The position numbers and the translations under genes were made by a program. The notes beneath the pieces were generated by a model, which was not told the origin of the DNA, searched no databases, and saw nothing but the letters and a program-made list of their open reading frames with translations. From positions 704,001-768,000 of the forward strand of contig OZ220090.1 in the NCBI GenBank assembly GCA_964291625.2: a stretch of 64,000 nt of DNA, read 5' to 3'. This document shows positions 39,080-52,854 of this stretch, in pieces; the first letter of the stretch is position 1; each line of letters starts with the position of its first letter. This DNA comes from Candidatus Latescibacterota bacterium (GTDB lineage: Bacteria > Latescibacterota > UBA2968 > UBA8231).

Positions 39080-40093
39080 TCAGTACTCCTCGGCCAGAGA
39101 GGCCGGCTCCTCCTCGATCTCGATATGCTCGTACTTGCTCACATCCAGTCCCCACGAGAGGTCCATGGAGTCGAGGATCTCGCCCAGCTCATTCAGGGAC
39201 TTGCGGCCGAAGTTCCGGTACTTGAGCATCTCGGCCTCGCTCTTGGAGACGAGCTCTCCGAGGGTGGAGATACCCGCCGCGCGCAGGCAGTTGGCCGATC
39301 GCACGGACAGTTCCAGTTCGTCCACCTGGGTGGCCAGCAGCCTTGCGATGCGCCTGGTCTCGTCGTCCACCTCCTTCTCGTGCCCGGCGCCGGTGGGCTC
39401 CTCCTCGAAGTTGGCGATCAGGCTGAGATGCTCGATCAGGATGCGGGCCGCCTGGGCCACGGCGTCGTCGGGGCCCAGGGAGCCGTCCGTCCAGACCTCC
39501 AGCATGAGGCGGTCGTAGTCGGTGCGCCGGCCGACGCGGGCGTTCTCGATGTCGTAGTTGACCTTCAGCACCGGCGAGTAGTTGGTGTCCAGAGGGATCG
39601 TGCCGATGGGCTGTTCGGGGGTCCGGTTCTCCTCGGCGAAGACGTAGCCCCGGCCCTTGCCGATGGTGATCTCCAAGTTGAGGGTGACACCCTTGCCGAG
39701 AGTGGCGATGTGGAGATCGGGATTCATGATCTCCACGCTGGAATCGATGGCAAGGTCCTTGGCGGTGAGTTCGCCGCCCTTGGCTTCCACACGCAGGGTG
39801 CGGTCTTCCTCGCCGTGATACCGGATGGCCACCTCCTTGAGGTTCAGCACGATCTCCGGAACGTCCTCGCGGACCCCCGTGACGACCGAGAACTCGTGCT
39901 GCACGCCGTCGATGCTGACGGACTTGATCGCTGCGCCCTGGATCTGGGAAACCAGAACCCGACGCAGTCCGTGTCCGACGGTGACCCCGAATCCGCGCTC
40001 CAGCGGCTGGAAGGTGAACTTCCCGTAGGTGCTGGTGAGGCTTTCCCGATCGATCTCGAGAAGCCTCGGCATCTGGATGCCTTCGAGAGCCAT
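39080..40093 (-). CDS. rpoA: RNA polymerase alpha subunit
   Basis: PLERGFG, HEFS, ELSVRSANCL, NFGRKSL. Confidence 0.97.
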   Translation of the reverse strand: MALEGIQMPRLLEIDRESLTSTYGKFTFQPLERGFGVTVGHGLRRVLVSQIQGAAIKSVSIDGVQHEFSVVTGVREDVPEIVLNLKEVAIRYHGEEDRTLRVEAKGGELTAKDLAIDSSVEIMNPDLHIATLGKGVTLNLEITIGKGRGYVFAEENRTPEQPIGTIPLDTNYSPVLKVNYDIENARVGRRTDYDRLMLEVWTDGSLGPDDAVAQAARILIEHLSLIANFEEEPTGAGHEKEVDDETRRIARLLATQVDELELSVRSANCLRAAGISTLGELVSKSEAEMLKYRNFGRKSLNELGEILDSMDLSWGLDVSKYEHIEIEEEPASLAEEY

Positions 40094-40127
40094 GTGCTTC
40101 GCTATCCCCTGTGAAAGTCCTCGTTGC

Positions 40128-40754
40128 CTACACGCGGCTGTAGAACTCGATGACGAGTTGCTCTTCCGCCGGCGTCGGTATGTCCTCCCGGTTGCAGCGC
40201 TCCACCACGGTACCCGTGAGGTTGGCCTTGTCCACCGACAGCCACGGCACGAGTTCGCGGGAGCGGCGGAGGGACTCGTGGATGATCTCCAGCTTCCTGC
40301 TGCCCTCGACTACGGCCACCACGTCGCCCGGGGAGGTCAGGTACGACGGGATATTGACCCGGCGGCCGTTGACGGTGAAGTGATTGTGGCGCACCAGTTG
40401 TCTGGCCGCCTTGCGCGACGGCGCCAGGCCCAGGCGGTAGACGATGCTGTCGAGACGGCTCTCGAGCAGGCGCAGGAGGTTGTCGCCGCTCACTCCGGGG
40501 ACCCGCGTCGACTCGCGGTAGTACTTGCGGAACTGCCCCTCCCGCACCCCGTAGATCCGCGCCAGCTTCTGCTTGGCCCGCAGCTGAACGCTGTACTCGG
40601 ACTGCTTGCGCCGCATACCCTGGCCGTGCTGCCCGGGGCCGTAGCTGCGGCGCTCGAAGGCGCACTTCTCGAGGGTGCACCTCTCGCCCTTGAGGAACAG
40701 CTTGGCTCCCTCCCGTCGGCAGAGCCTGCAGTTGGGTCCGGTGTACCTGCTCAT
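40128..40754 (-). CDS. rpsD: 30S ribosomal protein S4
   Basis: MSRYTGP.CRLCRREG, LESRLD, ARQLV.H. Confidence 0.97.
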   Translation of the reverse strand: MSRYTGPNCRLCRREGAKLFLKGERCTLEKCAFERRSYGPGQHGQGMRRKQSEYSVQLRAKQKLARIYGVREGQFRKYYRESTRVPGVSGDNLLRLLESRLDSIVYRLGLAPSRKAARQLVRHNHFTVNGRRVNIPSYLTSPGDVVAVVEGSRKLEIIHESLRRSRELVPWLSVDKANLTGTVVERCNREDIPTPAEEQLVIEFYSRV

Positions 40755-40775
40755 TCTCGTCGACCTCCGTCGGCC

Positions 40776-41168
40776 TCAGACACGGCGCCGCTTCGGGGGG
40801 CGGCAGCCGTTGTGGGGGATCGGTGTCTTGTCGCGGATGGCGGCGATCTCAAGCCCCGCGTTCTGCAGGGAGCGGATCGCCGAATCACGGCCCACGCCCG
40901 GACCCTTGACCCAGACCTCGACGCGGCGCAGTCCCATATTGACCGCTTCCTGGGCGGCTCGCTCGGCGGCGAGCTGCCCGGCGAAGGGCGTCGATTTGCG
41001 GCTGCCGCCGATGCCGACCTTGCCCGGCGTGGCCCAGGAGATCACGTTGCCCTCCACATCGGTGAGGGTGACGATGGTGTTGTTGAAGGTGGACAGGATG
41101 TGGGCGATGCCCAGAGCCTCCACCTTCCTCGACTTCTTGCGGCGGCGACGGCCTCTTTCGGGTGGCAA
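40776..41168 (-). CDS. rpsK: 30S ribosomal protein S11
   Basis: [25 protein letters not shown]. Confidence 0.97.
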   Translation of the reverse strand: MPPERGRRRRKKSRKVEALGIAHILSTFNNTIVTLTDVEGNVISWATPGKVGIGGSRKSTPFAGQLAAERAAQEAVNMGLRRVEVWVKGPGVGRDSAIRSLQNAGLEIAAIRDKTPIPHNGCRPPKRRRV

Positions 41169-41211
41169 TTCGAGTCAATCCTCTGTTGAAGTCAGAATGT
41201 CGAAATCCGGC

Positions 41212-41589
41212 CTACTGGGGAGCCTTCTTCTTGCCGGCAATGGCGCGCCTCGGCCCCTTCCGCGTGCGAGCGTTGGTCTGGGTCCGCTGGCCCCTGACCG
41301 GCAGGCCCCGGCGGTGGCGGAGACCCCGGTAGCAGCCCAGGTCCATGAGCCGCTTGATGTTCATGTTGACCTCGCCCCGCAGGGACCCCTCGACGCGGTA
41401 CTTGCCCTCTATGATGTTCCGCAACTGCGTGACCTGCTGCTCCGAGAGGGAGCCCACCCGGGTGTCGGGCGTGACCTGAGACTCCGACAGGATCGCCTCC
41501 GCCGAGGAGCGGCCGATTCCGTAGATGTAGGTCAGCCCCACGTCGATGCGCTTGTCCCGCGGGAGGTCGACCCCTGCGATTCGTGCCAT
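41212..41589 (-). CDS. rpsM: 30S ribosomal protein S13
   Basis: [26 protein letters not shown]. Confidence 0.97.
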   Translation of the reverse strand: MARIAGVDLPRDKRIDVGLTYIYGIGRSSAEAILSESQVTPDTRVGSLSEQQVTQLRNIIEGKYRVEGSLRGEVNMNIKRLMDLGCYRGLRHRRGLPVRGQRTQTNARTRKGPRRAIAGKKKAPQ

Positions 41590-41631
41590 TCGTGGTTCTC
41601 TCCTTGTCCGCGGGACTCGAGCCCCGCGCTC

Positions 41632-41748
41632 CTATCCCTGGCGCTGCTTGTGCCGGGGGTTGCGCTTGCAGATGACGCGCACCACGCCGTGACGGCGGAT
41701 GATCTTGCAGTCGGCGCAGCGCCTCGACACGGATGCTCGGACCTTCAT
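41632..41748 (-). CDS. rpmJ: 50S ribosomal protein L36
   Basis: [14 protein letters not shown]...HKQRQG. Confidence 0.96.
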   Translation of the reverse strand: MKVRASVSRRCADCKIIRRHGVVRVICKRNPRHKQRQG

Positions 41749-41774
41749 GGCAACTCCCTGGGTTGCGCGAGCCG

Positions 41775-43109
<1,335 letters not shown>

Positions 43110-43116
43110 GCCGGAC

Positions 43117-43581
43117 TCAGCCCGCCTCTCCGGCCAGGACCTCGAAGGAACCGCCGGCCGATTCGATCTTTTCCCGAGCCGCGCGGGAGGCGGCGTGGGC
43201 CTGGAGGGCGAGCTGACTCGTCAACTCGCCGTCGCCGAGGATTTTCACTCGATCCCTTGCCTTGCCGATCAGCCCCGCCCGCGCCAGCTCTGCCGGTCCG
43301 ACCTCCCCGGAGAGGCCCGCCGCCTGGATGGCGCCGACGTTGACGATCTGGTACTCGACTCGGAATCTCCGGTTCGAGAAGCCGCTCTTCGGCAGACGGC
43401 GGTGCAGGGGCATCTGCCCGCCCTCGAAGCCGGTGCGGCGGCCTCGGCGGGCACCGGACCGGGCGCGCTGGCCTTTGTGCCCGCGTCCGGCGGTCTTGCC
43501 CTTGCCGGAACCAGGGCCGTGCCCCTTGCGGGTGCCCGCCCGGCGCGAGCCGGGGGTGGGACGGAGTTCTCCGAGTCGCAT
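43117..43581 (-). CDS. rplO: 50S ribosomal protein L15
   Basis: [19 protein letters not shown]. Confidence 0.96.
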   Translation of the reverse strand: MRLGELRPTPGSRRAGTRKGHGPGSGKGKTAGRGHKGQRARSGARRGRRTGFEGGQMPLHRRLPKSGFSNRRFRVEYQIVNVGAIQAAGLSGEVGPAELARAGLIGKARDRVKILGDGELTSQLALQAHAASRAAREKIESAGGSFEVLAGEAG

Positions 43582-43593
43582 GGTCGCCGCTCC

Positions 43594-43779
43594 CTATGGT
43601 CCTTCCTGTTCCACCACCTCGACGAGGTGCACTACCTTCGCGATCATGCCGCGGACCTGAGGAGTGTCCTCGTGGACGACGACCTGATGCAGCCGCCGGA
43701 TGCCGAGGGCCCGGATCGTGAGCTGCTGCTTGCGGGAACGGCCGATGGCGCTCCGCCGCTGTGTGATGGCGAGCTTCAC
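43594..43779 (-). CDS. rpmD: 50S ribosomal protein L30
   Basis: RSAIG, RGMI.KV.HLV; position. Confidence 0.94.
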   Translation of the reverse strand: MKLAITQRRSAIGRSRKQQLTIRALGIRRLHQVVVHEDTPQVRGMIAKVVHLVEVVEQEGP

Positions 43780-44282
43780 CTCAGGCTCTCCACGGGCACC
43801 CCGCGAAAGCGGGCAACCTCCTCGACATTGCGCAGGTGGCGCAAGCCGTCGAGGGTGGCCTTGATGGTATTGTGCGAGTTGTCCGATCCCAGGGACTTGG
43901 TGAGGATGTCGTTGATCCCCGCCAGGTCGAGGACGATGCGGACGCCGCCGCTGGCGATGACCCCGGTGCCCGGAGAGGCCGGCTTCAGCAGGACCCGTGC
44001 GGCCCCGAATCGACCGATGATCTCATGGGGGATCGTGCCCGAGGCCACGGGGATCTCGAGGATCTCCTTCTTCGCCTCCTCCGTGGCCTTGCGGATCGCC
44101 TCGGCCACCTCTCCCGCCTTGCCCGAACCCACGCCCACATGGCCGGCGCGGTCCCCGGCCACGACCATGGCGGTGAAGGAGAAGTTCCTGCCTCCCTTCC
44201 GAACATGGGATACACGCCGTACGCTGTTCTGAACGACGACTTCGGTCAGCTCGAGATTGCTCGCGTCTATTCGGGATGCCAT
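43776..44282 (-). CDS. rpsE: 30S ribosomal protein S5
   Basis: KGGR.FSF, GTGVIA, KSLGS. Confidence 0.96.
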   Translation of the reverse strand: MASRIDASNLELTEVVVQNSVRRVSHVRKGGRNFSFTAMVVAGDRAGHVGVGSGKAGEVAEAIRKATEEAKKEILEIPVASGTIPHEIIGRFGAARVLLKPASPGTGVIASGGVRIVLDLAGINDILTKSLGSDNSHNTIKATLDGLRHLRNVEEVARFRGVPVESLR

Positions 44283-44305
44283 TCTCTCTCTCGATTCAGT
44301 CGCTT

Positions 44306-44668
44306 TTAGAGCTTCAGGCCGCCCTCGCGAGCGCCTTCGGCGACGGCCCGCACGATACCGTGGTAGAGCAGGCCCGCCCGGTCGAAGACAACCCGCTCGA
44401 CGCCCTTCTCCCGCGCCTTCGAGGCCAGCTGCCGGCCCAGGGCGCGGCCCTGCTCCACCGGCGGTCCTGAACGCTCGAAGTCCTTCGACAGGGTCGAGAG
44501 GCCGACGACGGAGTGGCCCGCCTGGTCGTCGATTATCTGCGCCTCGATATTGCGCAGGCTCCTGTGTACCACGAGGCGGGGGCGCTCCGGGGTTCCCACG
44601 ACCTTCTTGCGAATCCGGAACCGCCGCCGCTGGCGCGCGGCACCCTTTTGCTGCTGACGGCTGGCCAT
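44306..44668 (-). CDS. rplR: 50S ribosomal protein L18
   Basis: RPRL, AQIIDD, VFDR.G.LYHG. Confidence 0.96.
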   Translation of the reverse strand: MASRQQQKGAARQRRRFRIRKKVVGTPERPRLVVHRSLRNIEAQIIDDQAGHSVVGLSTLSKDFERSGPPVEQGRALGRQLASKAREKGVERVVFDRAGLLYHGIVRAVAEGAREGGLKL

Positions 44669-45225
44669 CAGGCGACGGCCGCCTTCCCGGCCTTCCAGTG
44701 GATGACCTCGTTCTCGTAGCGAATCCCCTTTCCCTTGTAGGGATCGGGCTTGCGCTTCTGGCGGATCTCCGCGGCCACCTGGCCCACCTTCTGCTTGTCG
44801 ATGCCGGAGACGACGATGCGGGCCTGGGCGCCGGCCACGGGGTTGGTGACCTCCAGCTCCACGCCCGAGGGCGGCTCGTAGTCGACCTGGTGCGAGTAGC
44901 CCACGTTGAGGCTCAGCTTCCCTCCCTCGACCTCGGCCCGGTAGCCTACGCCGAAGAGCTCCAGGTTCTTCGAGAACCCCTGGGTGACGCCTTCCACGGC
45001 GTTGGCCACCAAGGAGCGGGTCAGCCCGTGAAGCGCCATAGCCTCCTTGGTCTCGCCCTTGCGTCGCACCACCACCTGATTGCCGACCGCCGCCACCTCG
45101 ACGAAGTCGGTGCGGTAATCGAGATCCAGGGCGCCCTTCGGGCCCTTGACCTTCACCTCGCGCCCCTGCACGTTCACCTCGACCCCCTGGGGCAGTGGAA
45201 TCGGCTGCTTCCCTACACGCGACAT
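44668..45225 (-). CDS. rplF: 50S ribosomal protein L6
   Basis: MSRVGK, KGPKG, PYKGKG. Confidence 0.96.
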   Translation of the reverse strand: MSRVGKQPIPLPQGVEVNVQGREVKVKGPKGALDLDYRTDFVEVAAVGNQVVVRRKGETKEAMALHGLTRSLVANAVEGVTQGFSKNLELFGVGYRAEVEGGKLSLNVGYSHQVDYEPPSGVELEVTNPVAGAQARIVVSGIDKQKVGQVAAEIRQKRKPDPYKGKGIRYENEVIHWKAGKAAVA

Positions 45226-45241
45226 GGTCCGCTCCGCCTCC

Positions 45242-45640
45242 CTACCAGACGCTGCACAGGAGTTCGCCGCCGATGCCCGCCCGGCGCGCGTCCCGATCGG
45301 TCATGACGCCGCGGGAAGTGGAGAGGATGGCCACACCCAGCCCCCGCCGCACCCGCGGCAGCCGGTCCTTCGACGCGTAGCGGCGAAGACCCGGCTTGCT
45401 GAGGCGGCGGATCCCCTGGATGATGCTCTGATTGGAGCCGTCGTAGCGCAGATAGATGCGCAACTGGCCCTGCTTGCCGTCATCATAGGAGGCGAAGTTG
45501 TCGATGAATCGTTCTTCCGCCAGCACGCGGGCGATCTCCCGCTTGAGCCTCGAAGCGGGGATCTCGACGCTGGAATGCCCAGCCTGGGCCGCATTGCGGA
45601 TCCGGGTGAGCAGGTCGGCGATGGGGTCGGTCATGCTCAT
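45242..45640 (-). CDS. rpsH: 30S ribosomal protein S8
   Basis: [23 protein letters not shown]. Confidence 0.97.
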   Translation of the reverse strand: MSMTDPIADLLTRIRNAAQAGHSSVEIPASRLKREIARVLAEERFIDNFASYDDGKQGQLRIYLRYDGSNQSIIQGIRRLSKPGLRRYASKDRLPRVRRGLGVAILSTSRGVMTDRDARRAGIGGELLCSVW

Positions 45641-45650
45641 GGTGGGCCGC

Positions 45651-45836
45651 CTACCAACTCGCCTTGGTCACCCCGGGGATCTCGCCCCGCAGTGCCAACT
45701 CGCGGAAACAGATCCGGCACAGGACGAACTTGCGGTAGACACCCCGCGGACGACCGCAACGCTGGCACCTCGTGTACTTCCGGACCTTGAATCTCGGCTC
45801 CTGGGCCGCCTTGATCATCAGGCACTTCTTGGGCAT
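45651..45836 (-). CDS. rpsN: 30S ribosomal protein S14, zinc-binding type Z
   Basis: 61 aa, CxxC...CRIC, KASW. Confidence 0.95.
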   Translation of the reverse strand: MPKKCLMIKAAQEPRFKVRKYTRCQRCGRPRGVYRKFVLCRICFRELALRGEIPGVTKASW

Positions 45837-45852
45837 TCGCTATTCCGTCCGT

Positions 45853-46398
45853 TCAGTTGCTGAAAGGCACGCCGAACTGGCGAAGAAGCTCCTTGGCCTC
45901 CTCGTCGGAGCGGGCGCTGGTGACGAAGGTGATGTTCATGCCGCGGATCTGCTCGACGCGGTCGTAGACGATCTCCGGAAAGATGATCTGTTCGCGGATG
46001 CCCAGATTGTAGTTGCCGCGGCCATCGAATCCCCGGGCAGGCACCCCGCGGAAGTCGCGGGACTGGGGCAGAGCGAAATTGACCAAGCGGTCGAAAAACT
46101 CGTACATGCGGTCCCGCCGGAGGGTGACCACGGCGCCGATGGGCATCCCCTGGCGCAGCTTGAAGTTGGAGATCGCCTTCTTGGAGCGCCGCACCGCCGG
46201 CTGCTGGCCGGTAATGGCCGTGAGCTCGGCCAGCACCGTATCCAGGGCCTTCGGCTCCTGCACCGCCCCTCCCACGCCAGAATTGATGACGATCTTCTCC
46301 AGCCGGGGGACCTCCATGGGGTTCCCGTACTCGAAGCGCTCGCGCAGGGTGGGGACGATCTGGCTCCGGTAGTGTTCCTTGAGTCGTGAGGTGGCCAT
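45853..46398 (-). CDS. rplE: 50S ribosomal protein L5
   Basis: [21 protein letters not shown]. Confidence 0.96.
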   Translation of the reverse strand: MATSRLKEHYRSQIVPTLRERFEYGNPMEVPRLEKIVINSGVGGAVQEPKALDTVLAELTAITGQQPAVRRSKKAISNFKLRQGMPIGAVVTLRRDRMYEFFDRLVNFALPQSRDFRGVPARGFDGRGNYNLGIREQIIFPEIVYDRVEQIRGMNITFVTSARSDEEAKELLRQFGVPFSN

Positions 46399-46409
46399 TG
46401 GTGGAACCT

Positions 46410-46727
46410 CTATTGAGAATCGATCATCTCGCCGCTGCGGGCGGCGACCCGGACACTGCGGCCGTCGTCGAGGGCCCGCCGCCGCACCCGGGTGGGCGCA
46501 TCGGTCTTGGGATCGACGACCATGACGTTGGAGATGTGGATCGAGGCTTCGCGCTCGACGATCCCTCCCTGTGGATCACGCTGCGTGGGCTTCGTGTGCT
46601 TCTTCATCATGCGCACGCCTTCGACGATGACGCGGTCCTTCTCGGGAAGGACGCGCAGGACACGGCCTCTCCGGCCCTTGTCGTTGCCGCAGATGATCAG
46701 AACCGTGTCGTCCTTCTTGACATTCAT
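46410..46727 (-). CDS. rplX: 50S ribosomal protein L24
   Basis: G.DKG, EA.IHISNV. Confidence 0.95.
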   Translation of the reverse strand: MNVKKDDTVLIICGNDKGRRGRVLRVLPEKDRVIVEGVRMMKKHTKPTQRDPQGGIVEREASIHISNVMVVDPKTDAPTRVRRRALDDGRSVRVAARSGEMIDSQ

Positions 46728-46731
46728 CGCT

Positions 46732-47100
46732 CTACACCACCTCGGGGGCGAGGGAGACGATACGCATGAACTGCCGGTCCCGGAGCTCCCGCGCCACGGG
46801 GCCGAAGATGCGCGTCCCCCGGGGCTCGTTGTTCTGATCCAGGAGAACGGCAGCGTTCTCGTCGAAGCGGATGTACGACCCGTCCGGCCGCCGGAACTCC
46901 TTCTTCGTGCGCACCACCACCGCCCGGGACACCTCCCCCTCCCTGAGGGGCCCGTTGGGGATCACGTCGTGGACAGCTACCACCACGAGATCGCCGACGC
47001 CGGCGTAACGGCGCCGGGTACCGCCGAGGACGCGGATGCAGTTCGCCTTGCGTGCGCCAGCGTTGTCGGCCATGCGCAGGACGGAGTATTCCCGGACCAT
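46732..47100 (-). CDS. rplN: 50S ribosomal protein L14
   Basis: [24 protein letters not shown]. Confidence 0.97.
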   Translation of the reverse strand: MVREYSVLRMADNAGARKANCIRVLGGTRRRYAGVGDLVVVAVHDVIPNGPLREGEVSRAVVVRTKKEFRRPDGSYIRFDENAAVLLDQNNEPRGTRIFGPVARELRDRQFMRIVSLAPEVV

Positions 47101-47103
47101 GGC

Positions 47104-47367
47104 TCAGCCCGCCCTCTCGAGGATCTCGACCAGGCGCCAGCGCTTGGTCTTGCTCATGGGCCGGCACTCGCGAATGCGGACGATGTCTCCCACGCCGGAC
47201 TCGTTGCCCTCGTCGTGGGTCACGGCCTTCGTGGTCCGCGAGATCCCCTTGCCGTACAGCCGGTGGGATGAGCGGATCTCTATGGCGACGACTCGCGTCT
47301 TCTCGGTGTTGGCCTTGAGAACGCGGCCCTCTGCCAGACGTCCTCCGAAAGTCTTCCGCTCCGACAT
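47104..47367 (-). CDS. rpsQ: 30S ribosomal protein S17
   Basis: HDE.N, ECRPMSKTKRW. Confidence 0.94.
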   Translation of the reverse strand: MSERKTFGGRLAEGRVLKANTEKTRVVAIEIRSSHRLYGKGISRTTKAVTHDEGNESGVGDIVRIRECRPMSKTKRWRLVEILERAG

Positions 47368-47374
47368 CGATTCC

Positions 47375-47614
47375 TCAGGCTGGTTGTGCGTCGGCATCGG
47401 CATCGCCGCTCGCCAGGGGCCGGATCCCCGCCGTGTGTTCCTCGAGCAGGGTGCGCACCCGGGCGATCTCCCGGCGCACCTGGCGAAGCCGGATGGGGCT
47501 GCTCAGCTGGCCGAGGGTGTGCTGGAAGCGCAGGTTGAAACTCTCCTCTTCCAGCTCCTCGAGCCGCGTGCTCAGTTCCTCGGCGCTCTGCTCTCTCAGT
47601 TCACTCGCCTTCAT
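47375..47614 (-). CDS. rpmC: 50S ribosomal protein L29
   Basis: MKASELR, FNLRFQ, RREIARV.T. Confidence 0.94.
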   Translation of the reverse strand: MKASELREQSAEELSTRLEELEEESFNLRFQHTLGQLSSPIRLRQVRREIARVRTLLEEHTAGIRPLASGDADADAQPA

Positions 47615-47621
47615 GGGATCC

Positions 47622-48032
47622 TCAGCCGAGGCGCTCGACGAACCTGGTCTTGATCGGCAGTTTGTGGCCCGCCCGGCGCAGGGCCTCCTTGGCCATGTCC
47701 GGAGTCACGCCCGACAACTCGAACATCACTCGCCCGGGTTTTACCACGGCGACCCAGTCCTCGGGGGCCCCCTTGCCCTTGCCCATGCGTGTCTCTGCCG
47801 GCTTCTTCGTCAGCGGCTTGTCCGGGAAGATGCGGATCCACAGCTTGCCCGTGCGGCTCATGGCCCGGCTGATGGCCACGCGGGCCGCCTCGATCTGGCG
47901 GCTGGTGACCCAGCCCGGCTCCAAGGCCTTCAGCCCGAACTCTCCGAAGGAGACCAGCGCTCCGCCCTTCGTCTGGCCGCGCATGCGCCCACGGGACTGC
48001 TTGCGCCACTCGACCTTCTTCGGCATCAACAT
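47622..48032 (-). CDS. rplP: 50S ribosomal protein L16
   Basis: QIEAAR, RMGKGKG, KLP. Confidence 0.97.
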   Translation of the reverse strand: MLMPKKVEWRKQSRGRMRGQTKGGALVSFGEFGLKALEPGWVTSRQIEAARVAISRAMSRTGKLWIRIFPDKPLTKKPAETRMGKGKGAPEDWVAVVKPGRVMFELSGVTPDMAKEALRRAGHKLPIKTRFVERLG

Positions 48033-48065
48033 GGGGTCTTCGCTCTCTCGTCCTTCCCGTTCCCG

Positions 48066-48722
48066 TCAGGCCTGTTGCGGCTCTTCCTCGGCCTCGTCCA
48101 CGACCTCGCCGTGGCAGATCCACACCTTGACACCCACCGTACCGGAGACGGTGAAGGCCGTGGACCGGGCGAAGTCGATGTCGGCTCGGAGGGTGTGGAG
48201 CGGCACTCGGCCCGCCGGTTCCGAGCGCTCGCGGCGCGACATCTCGGAACCACCGATGCGGCCGGCGCACTCGATGCGGATGCCCTCGGCTCCCATGCGC
48301 ATGGAAGAGGCCACCGACTTCTTGATGGAACGGCGGAAGGCAACCCTCTGCTCGAGCTGGCGCGCGAGGTTGTCGGCCACCAACTGGGCATCGAGCTCCG
48401 GCTTCTTGACCTCCTGGATATTGAGGGTCACGTCCTTCTGGGTCAGAGTCTTCAGCTCGTCGCGGAGCTTGTCGACCTCGGCGCCCCGGCGGCCGATGGC
48501 GATGCCCGGACGCGCCGTGTGCACCTCGATGGTGACCCGCTTGGGGTGGCGCTCGATGTTGACACGGGACACCCCGGCCCGCTGGAGGCGCTGCCGGATG
48601 TAGCGCCGCAGGGTGATGTCCTCGCCCAGCAGGCCGGAAAAGTCCCGCTCGGCGAACCAGTTCGAACTCCAGCTCTTGATAATCCCCAGGCGCAGTCCGT
48701 AGGGATGTGTCTTCTGACCCAA
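48066..48722 (-). CDS. rpsC: 30S ribosomal protein S3
   Basis: TTG start, GQKTHP, GRVPLHTLRADID. Confidence 0.96.
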   Translation of the reverse strand: MGQKTHPYGLRLGIIKSWSSNWFAERDFSGLLGEDITLRRYIRQRLQRAGVSRVNIERHPKRVTIEVHTARPGIAIGRRGAEVDKLRDELKTLTQKDVTLNIQEVKKPELDAQLVADNLARQLEQRVAFRRSIKKSVASSMRMGAEGIRIECAGRIGGSEMSRRERSEPAGRVPLHTLRADIDFARSTAFTVSGTVGVKVWICHGEVVDEAEEEPQQA

Positions 48723-48735
48723 TTTGGTCCCTTCC

Positions 48736-49173
48736 TTACTCGTCCTCGGATGGGGCGACCTCTTCGGTCTCCCCGTCTGGTGCGGAGACCGCCGCCGACA
48801 CCTCCTGGCGGCCATCGGAAACGACGATGGTGAGGTGGCTCTGACGCTTCAGGATCCGGTTGGCGGCGCCCCGGGCGCGCGGGCGAAGCCTCTTGAGGGT
48901 GCGGCCCTCGTCGGCGTACACACGATGGATGAACAACTCCTCCACATCCACTGCAGGAGGTGCGTCGGCCTCCTCCTCTTCATCCCGGACCGTGGCGTTG
49001 GCGATGGCGGAGCGCAAGGTCTTCTCGGCGACGCGGGCGGCGAGACGGGGCGAGAACTGCAGAATCGCCAGAGCCTCCTCCACCGGCTTGCCCCGGATCA
49101 GGTCGATAACCTGGCGCATCTTGGTGGCCGGGATGCCGATATGCCTGTGAACGGCGCGCGCTTCCAAATTCAT
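48736..49173 (-). CDS. rplV: 50S ribosomal protein L22
   Basis: DLIRGK, SAIANA, PRARG, SHLTI. Confidence 0.95.
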   Translation of the reverse strand: MNLEARAVHRHIGIPATKMRQVIDLIRGKPVEEALAILQFSPRLAARVAEKTLRSAIANATVRDEEEEADAPPAVDVEELFIHRVYADEGRTLKRLRPRARGAANRILKRQSHLTIVVSDGRQEVSAAVSAPDGETEEVAPSEDE

Positions 49174-49457
49174 CGAACCCCGGTGGTGCGCTCGCTGGCT
49201 CGTCCCCCGTGACTGCGGAAAGTCCGGGTCGGAGCGAATTCGCCGAGCTTGTGTCCCACCATGTTTTCGGTGATGTAGACGGGGATGAACTTGCTGCCGT
49301 TGTGCACGGCCAGGGTGTGGCCCACGAAGTCGGGCGTGATCGTGGAACGCCTCGACCAGGTTCGCAGGACCTTCCTGTCCCCCGTCTTGTTCATCGCCTC
49401 GATCTTCTCGGAGAGATGATCGTCGACGAAAGGGCCTTTCTTGATCGATCGCGCCAC
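49170..49457 (-). CDS. rpsS: 30S ribosomal protein S19
   Basis: RSIKKGP, TWSRRS, GHKLGEF. Confidence 0.96.
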   Translation of the reverse strand: MARSIKKGPFVDDHLSEKIEAMNKTGDRKVLRTWSRRSTITPDFVGHTLAVHNGSKFIPVYITENMVGHKLGEFAPTRTFRSHGGRASERTTGVR

Positions 49458-49474
49458 TTCCCTCTGCCTCCCCG

Positions 49475-50311
49475 TTACCTTCGGTTCCGCCTGCGCACGA
49501 TCCAGGCGTTGGACGCCTTCTTGCGCTTTCGGGTCTTGTACCCCTTGGTCGGCTTGCCCCACGGCGTGACGGGATGGCGCCCTCCGGAGGACTTGCCCTC
49601 GCCTCCGCCGTGCGGGTGATCGACGGGATTCATGACCACGCCCCGGACCTTGGGCCGCCGGCCCAGCCATCGGGCGCGGCCGGCCTTGCCGAGCAGCACG
49701 TTCTGATGGTCGATGTTCCCCACCTGGCCGATCGTGGCGAAGCAGGTGCTCAGGACCTCCCGGATCTCGCCCGAGGGCAGGCGAAGCTGGACCCGCCCAT
49801 CCTCTTCGTCCCGCCCCATGATCTGCACCTCGGAACCGGCGCTACGGGCCATCCTTCCGCCCTGGCCGGGATTCAGCTCCACGTTGTGGACCGTCGTGCC
49901 CACCGGTATCCGGGACAGGGGGAGCGCGTTGCCCAAGGCGATGGGCGCGTCGGCTCCGGCCTGCACGGCGGCACCCACTGCCAGCCCGTTCGGAGCCAGG
50001 ACGTAGCGCCTGTCGCCGTCGCGATAGATGACCAAGGCGATGAAGGCGGAGCGGTTCGGATCGTATTCGACGCTGGCCACCCGTCCCGGCACGCCGTGAT
50101 TCTCACGGCGAAAATCGACCCGGCGGTAGCGCCGCTTGTGCCCGCCGCCCCGCCGCCGTGCAGTGATCCGTCCGCGGCTGTTCCGCCCCCCGGACTTGGT
50201 GAGGGGCGCCGTCAGGGACTTCTCCGGCCGGTCGGCGGTGACCTCGGCAAAGGCGTTTACCGACTTGAAGCGCTGTGTCGGCGTGACGGGCCGGAACCTC
50301 TTGATCGGCAT
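49475..50311 (-). CDS. rplB: 50S ribosomal protein L2
   Basis: [25 protein letters not shown]. Confidence 0.97.
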   Translation of the reverse strand: MPIKRFRPVTPTQRFKSVNAFAEVTADRPEKSLTAPLTKSGGRNSRGRITARRRGGGHKRRYRRVDFRRENHGVPGRVASVEYDPNRSAFIALVIYRDGDRRYVLAPNGLAVGAAVQAGADAPIALGNALPLSRIPVGTTVHNVELNPGQGGRMARSAGSEVQIMGRDEEDGRVQLRLPSGEIREVLSTCFATIGQVGNIDHQNVLLGKAGRARWLGRRPKVRGVVMNPVDHPHGGGEGKSSGGRHPVTPWGKPTKGYKTRKRKKASNAWIVRRRNRR

Positions 50312-50325
50312 CGGGGATTCGCCCT

Positions 50326-50613
50326 TCAGAGGTTCTCGATGAGTTCGATGGACTCGCCGGCCCTGAGCTTCACGTAGGCCTTCTTCCAGGCCGACGTGCG
50401 ACCCTGAAAGAAGCCCTGGCGCTTCGGCTTCGGGCGGACGGAGACGACGCGGACGGCCTCGACCTTGACGTCGAAGACCGACTCCACGGCGCGGCGGATC
50501 TGCACCTTGTTGGCCCGGGAGTCGACACGAAAGGTGTACACATTGGCATCCCGGAGGACCGTTGCCTTCTCGGTGATCACCGGATTCCTGAGGATGTTCC
50601 GAATGCCCGGCAA
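50326..50613 (-). CDS. rplW: 50S ribosomal protein L23
   Basis: PVITEK, ANK..I, WKKAYV. Confidence 0.95.
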   Translation of the reverse strand: MPGIRNILRNPVITEKATVLRDANVYTFRVDSRANKVQIRRAVESVFDVKVEAVRVVSVRPKPKRQGFFQGRTSAWKKAYVKLRAGESIELIENL

Positions 50614-50616
50614 CGC

Positions 50617-51276
50617 CTATTCCTCCCCCTCTTTCTGGCCGGCAGGGTCTCCGTGCACCGCAGCCAGAGCATCGACGGCCTCCCGGGTCAGCAGGAGGGC
50701 GTGGGCGGCGAGAACCTCATAGGTGCCGAGAGTCGAAACGGAGCGCACCAGCACGCCGGGGATGTTGCGGCCCGACTTGGCGAGGATCGGCTCGTTGGCG
50801 GCAGTCACGAAGAGCACCTTCTGCCCCCGCAGGCCACAGGCGCCGAGCATGGCGGCGAAGGACTTCGTGCTGGGTCCGGACAACTCGAAGCCTTCCACGA
50901 CGTGGACCTGGCCGTCCCGGCCCTTGGCGGTCAGCACCGAACGCAGGGCCTGGCGCCTGACGGACCGCTGCAGCCGCCGGTGATAGAGGCGGCGCTTGGG
51001 CAGGCCAAAGGCCACGCCGCCGCCCCGGAGCAGGTTGGTCGTCGCCGAGCCCCGGCGGGCCTGGCCGGTGCCCTTCTGGCGGTGGTGCTTGCGCTTGGAG
51101 CGGCGGACCTCCGACCGGCCCTTCACCGAAGCGTTCCCCTGGCGCTGGTTGTTCTCGAAGGTCACCACGGCCTGGTGCACCGCCACCTCGCAGATGGGGG
51201 CCTCGAAGAGCTCCGCCGGCAAGTCCACCGAGCCTGACCTTTCGCCACTGGCGCTGAGAACGTCGATGGAGGGCAT
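50617..51276 (-). CDS. rplD: 50S ribosomal protein L4
   Basis: RQG, RQKGTG.AR.GS, GGG, RNIPGV. Confidence 0.94.
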   Translation of the reverse strand: MPSIDVLSASGERSGSVDLPAELFEAPICEVAVHQAVVTFENNQRQGNASVKGRSEVRRSKRKHHRQKGTGQARRGSATTNLLRGGGVAFGLPKRRLYHRRLQRSVRRQALRSVLTAKGRDGQVHVVEGFELSGPSTKSFAAMLGACGLRGQKVLFVTAANEPILAKSGRNIPGVLVRSVSTLGTYEVLAAHALLLTREAVDALAAVHGDPAGQKEGEE

Positions 51277-51278
51277 GC

Positions 51279-51587
51279 TCAGACCTTGATATCGATGCCG
51301 ATGCCGGCGGGCAGGTCGAGCTTCATCAGCGAGTCCACCGTCTGCGGCGTCGACTCGTAGATGTCGATCAGCCGCTTGTGGACGCGCGTCTCGAACTGCT
51401 CCCTCGACTTCTTGTCCACGTGCGGCCCCCGCAGCACGGTGTACACGGTACGTTGCGTGGGCAGCGGAACAGGACCCGCGATCCGGGCGCCGCTGCGCCG
51501 CACGGTCTGGACGATCTCGTCCACCGAGCGGTCGAGGGCCGCGTGGTCGTAGGCCTTGAGCCGGATGCGGATCCTGTCGACGGCCAC
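51279..51587 (-). CDS. rpsJ: 30S ribosomal protein S10
   Basis: [29 protein letters not shown]. Confidence 0.97.
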   Translation of the reverse strand: MAVDRIRIRLKAYDHAALDRSVDEIVQTVRRSGARIAGPVPLPTQRTVYTVLRGPHVDKKSREQFETRVHKRLIDIYESTPQTVDSLMKLDLPAGIGIDIKV

Positions 51588-51603
51588 CGAAGGGTCTCCC
51601 GCG

Positions 51604-52794
<1,191 letters not shown>

Positions 52795-52854
52795 CTCGGC
52801 TCTTTCCTCCCTCGGGTCTGCTTGCGCACTCGGGCGCTGGGTCTGGGGTCGCTC

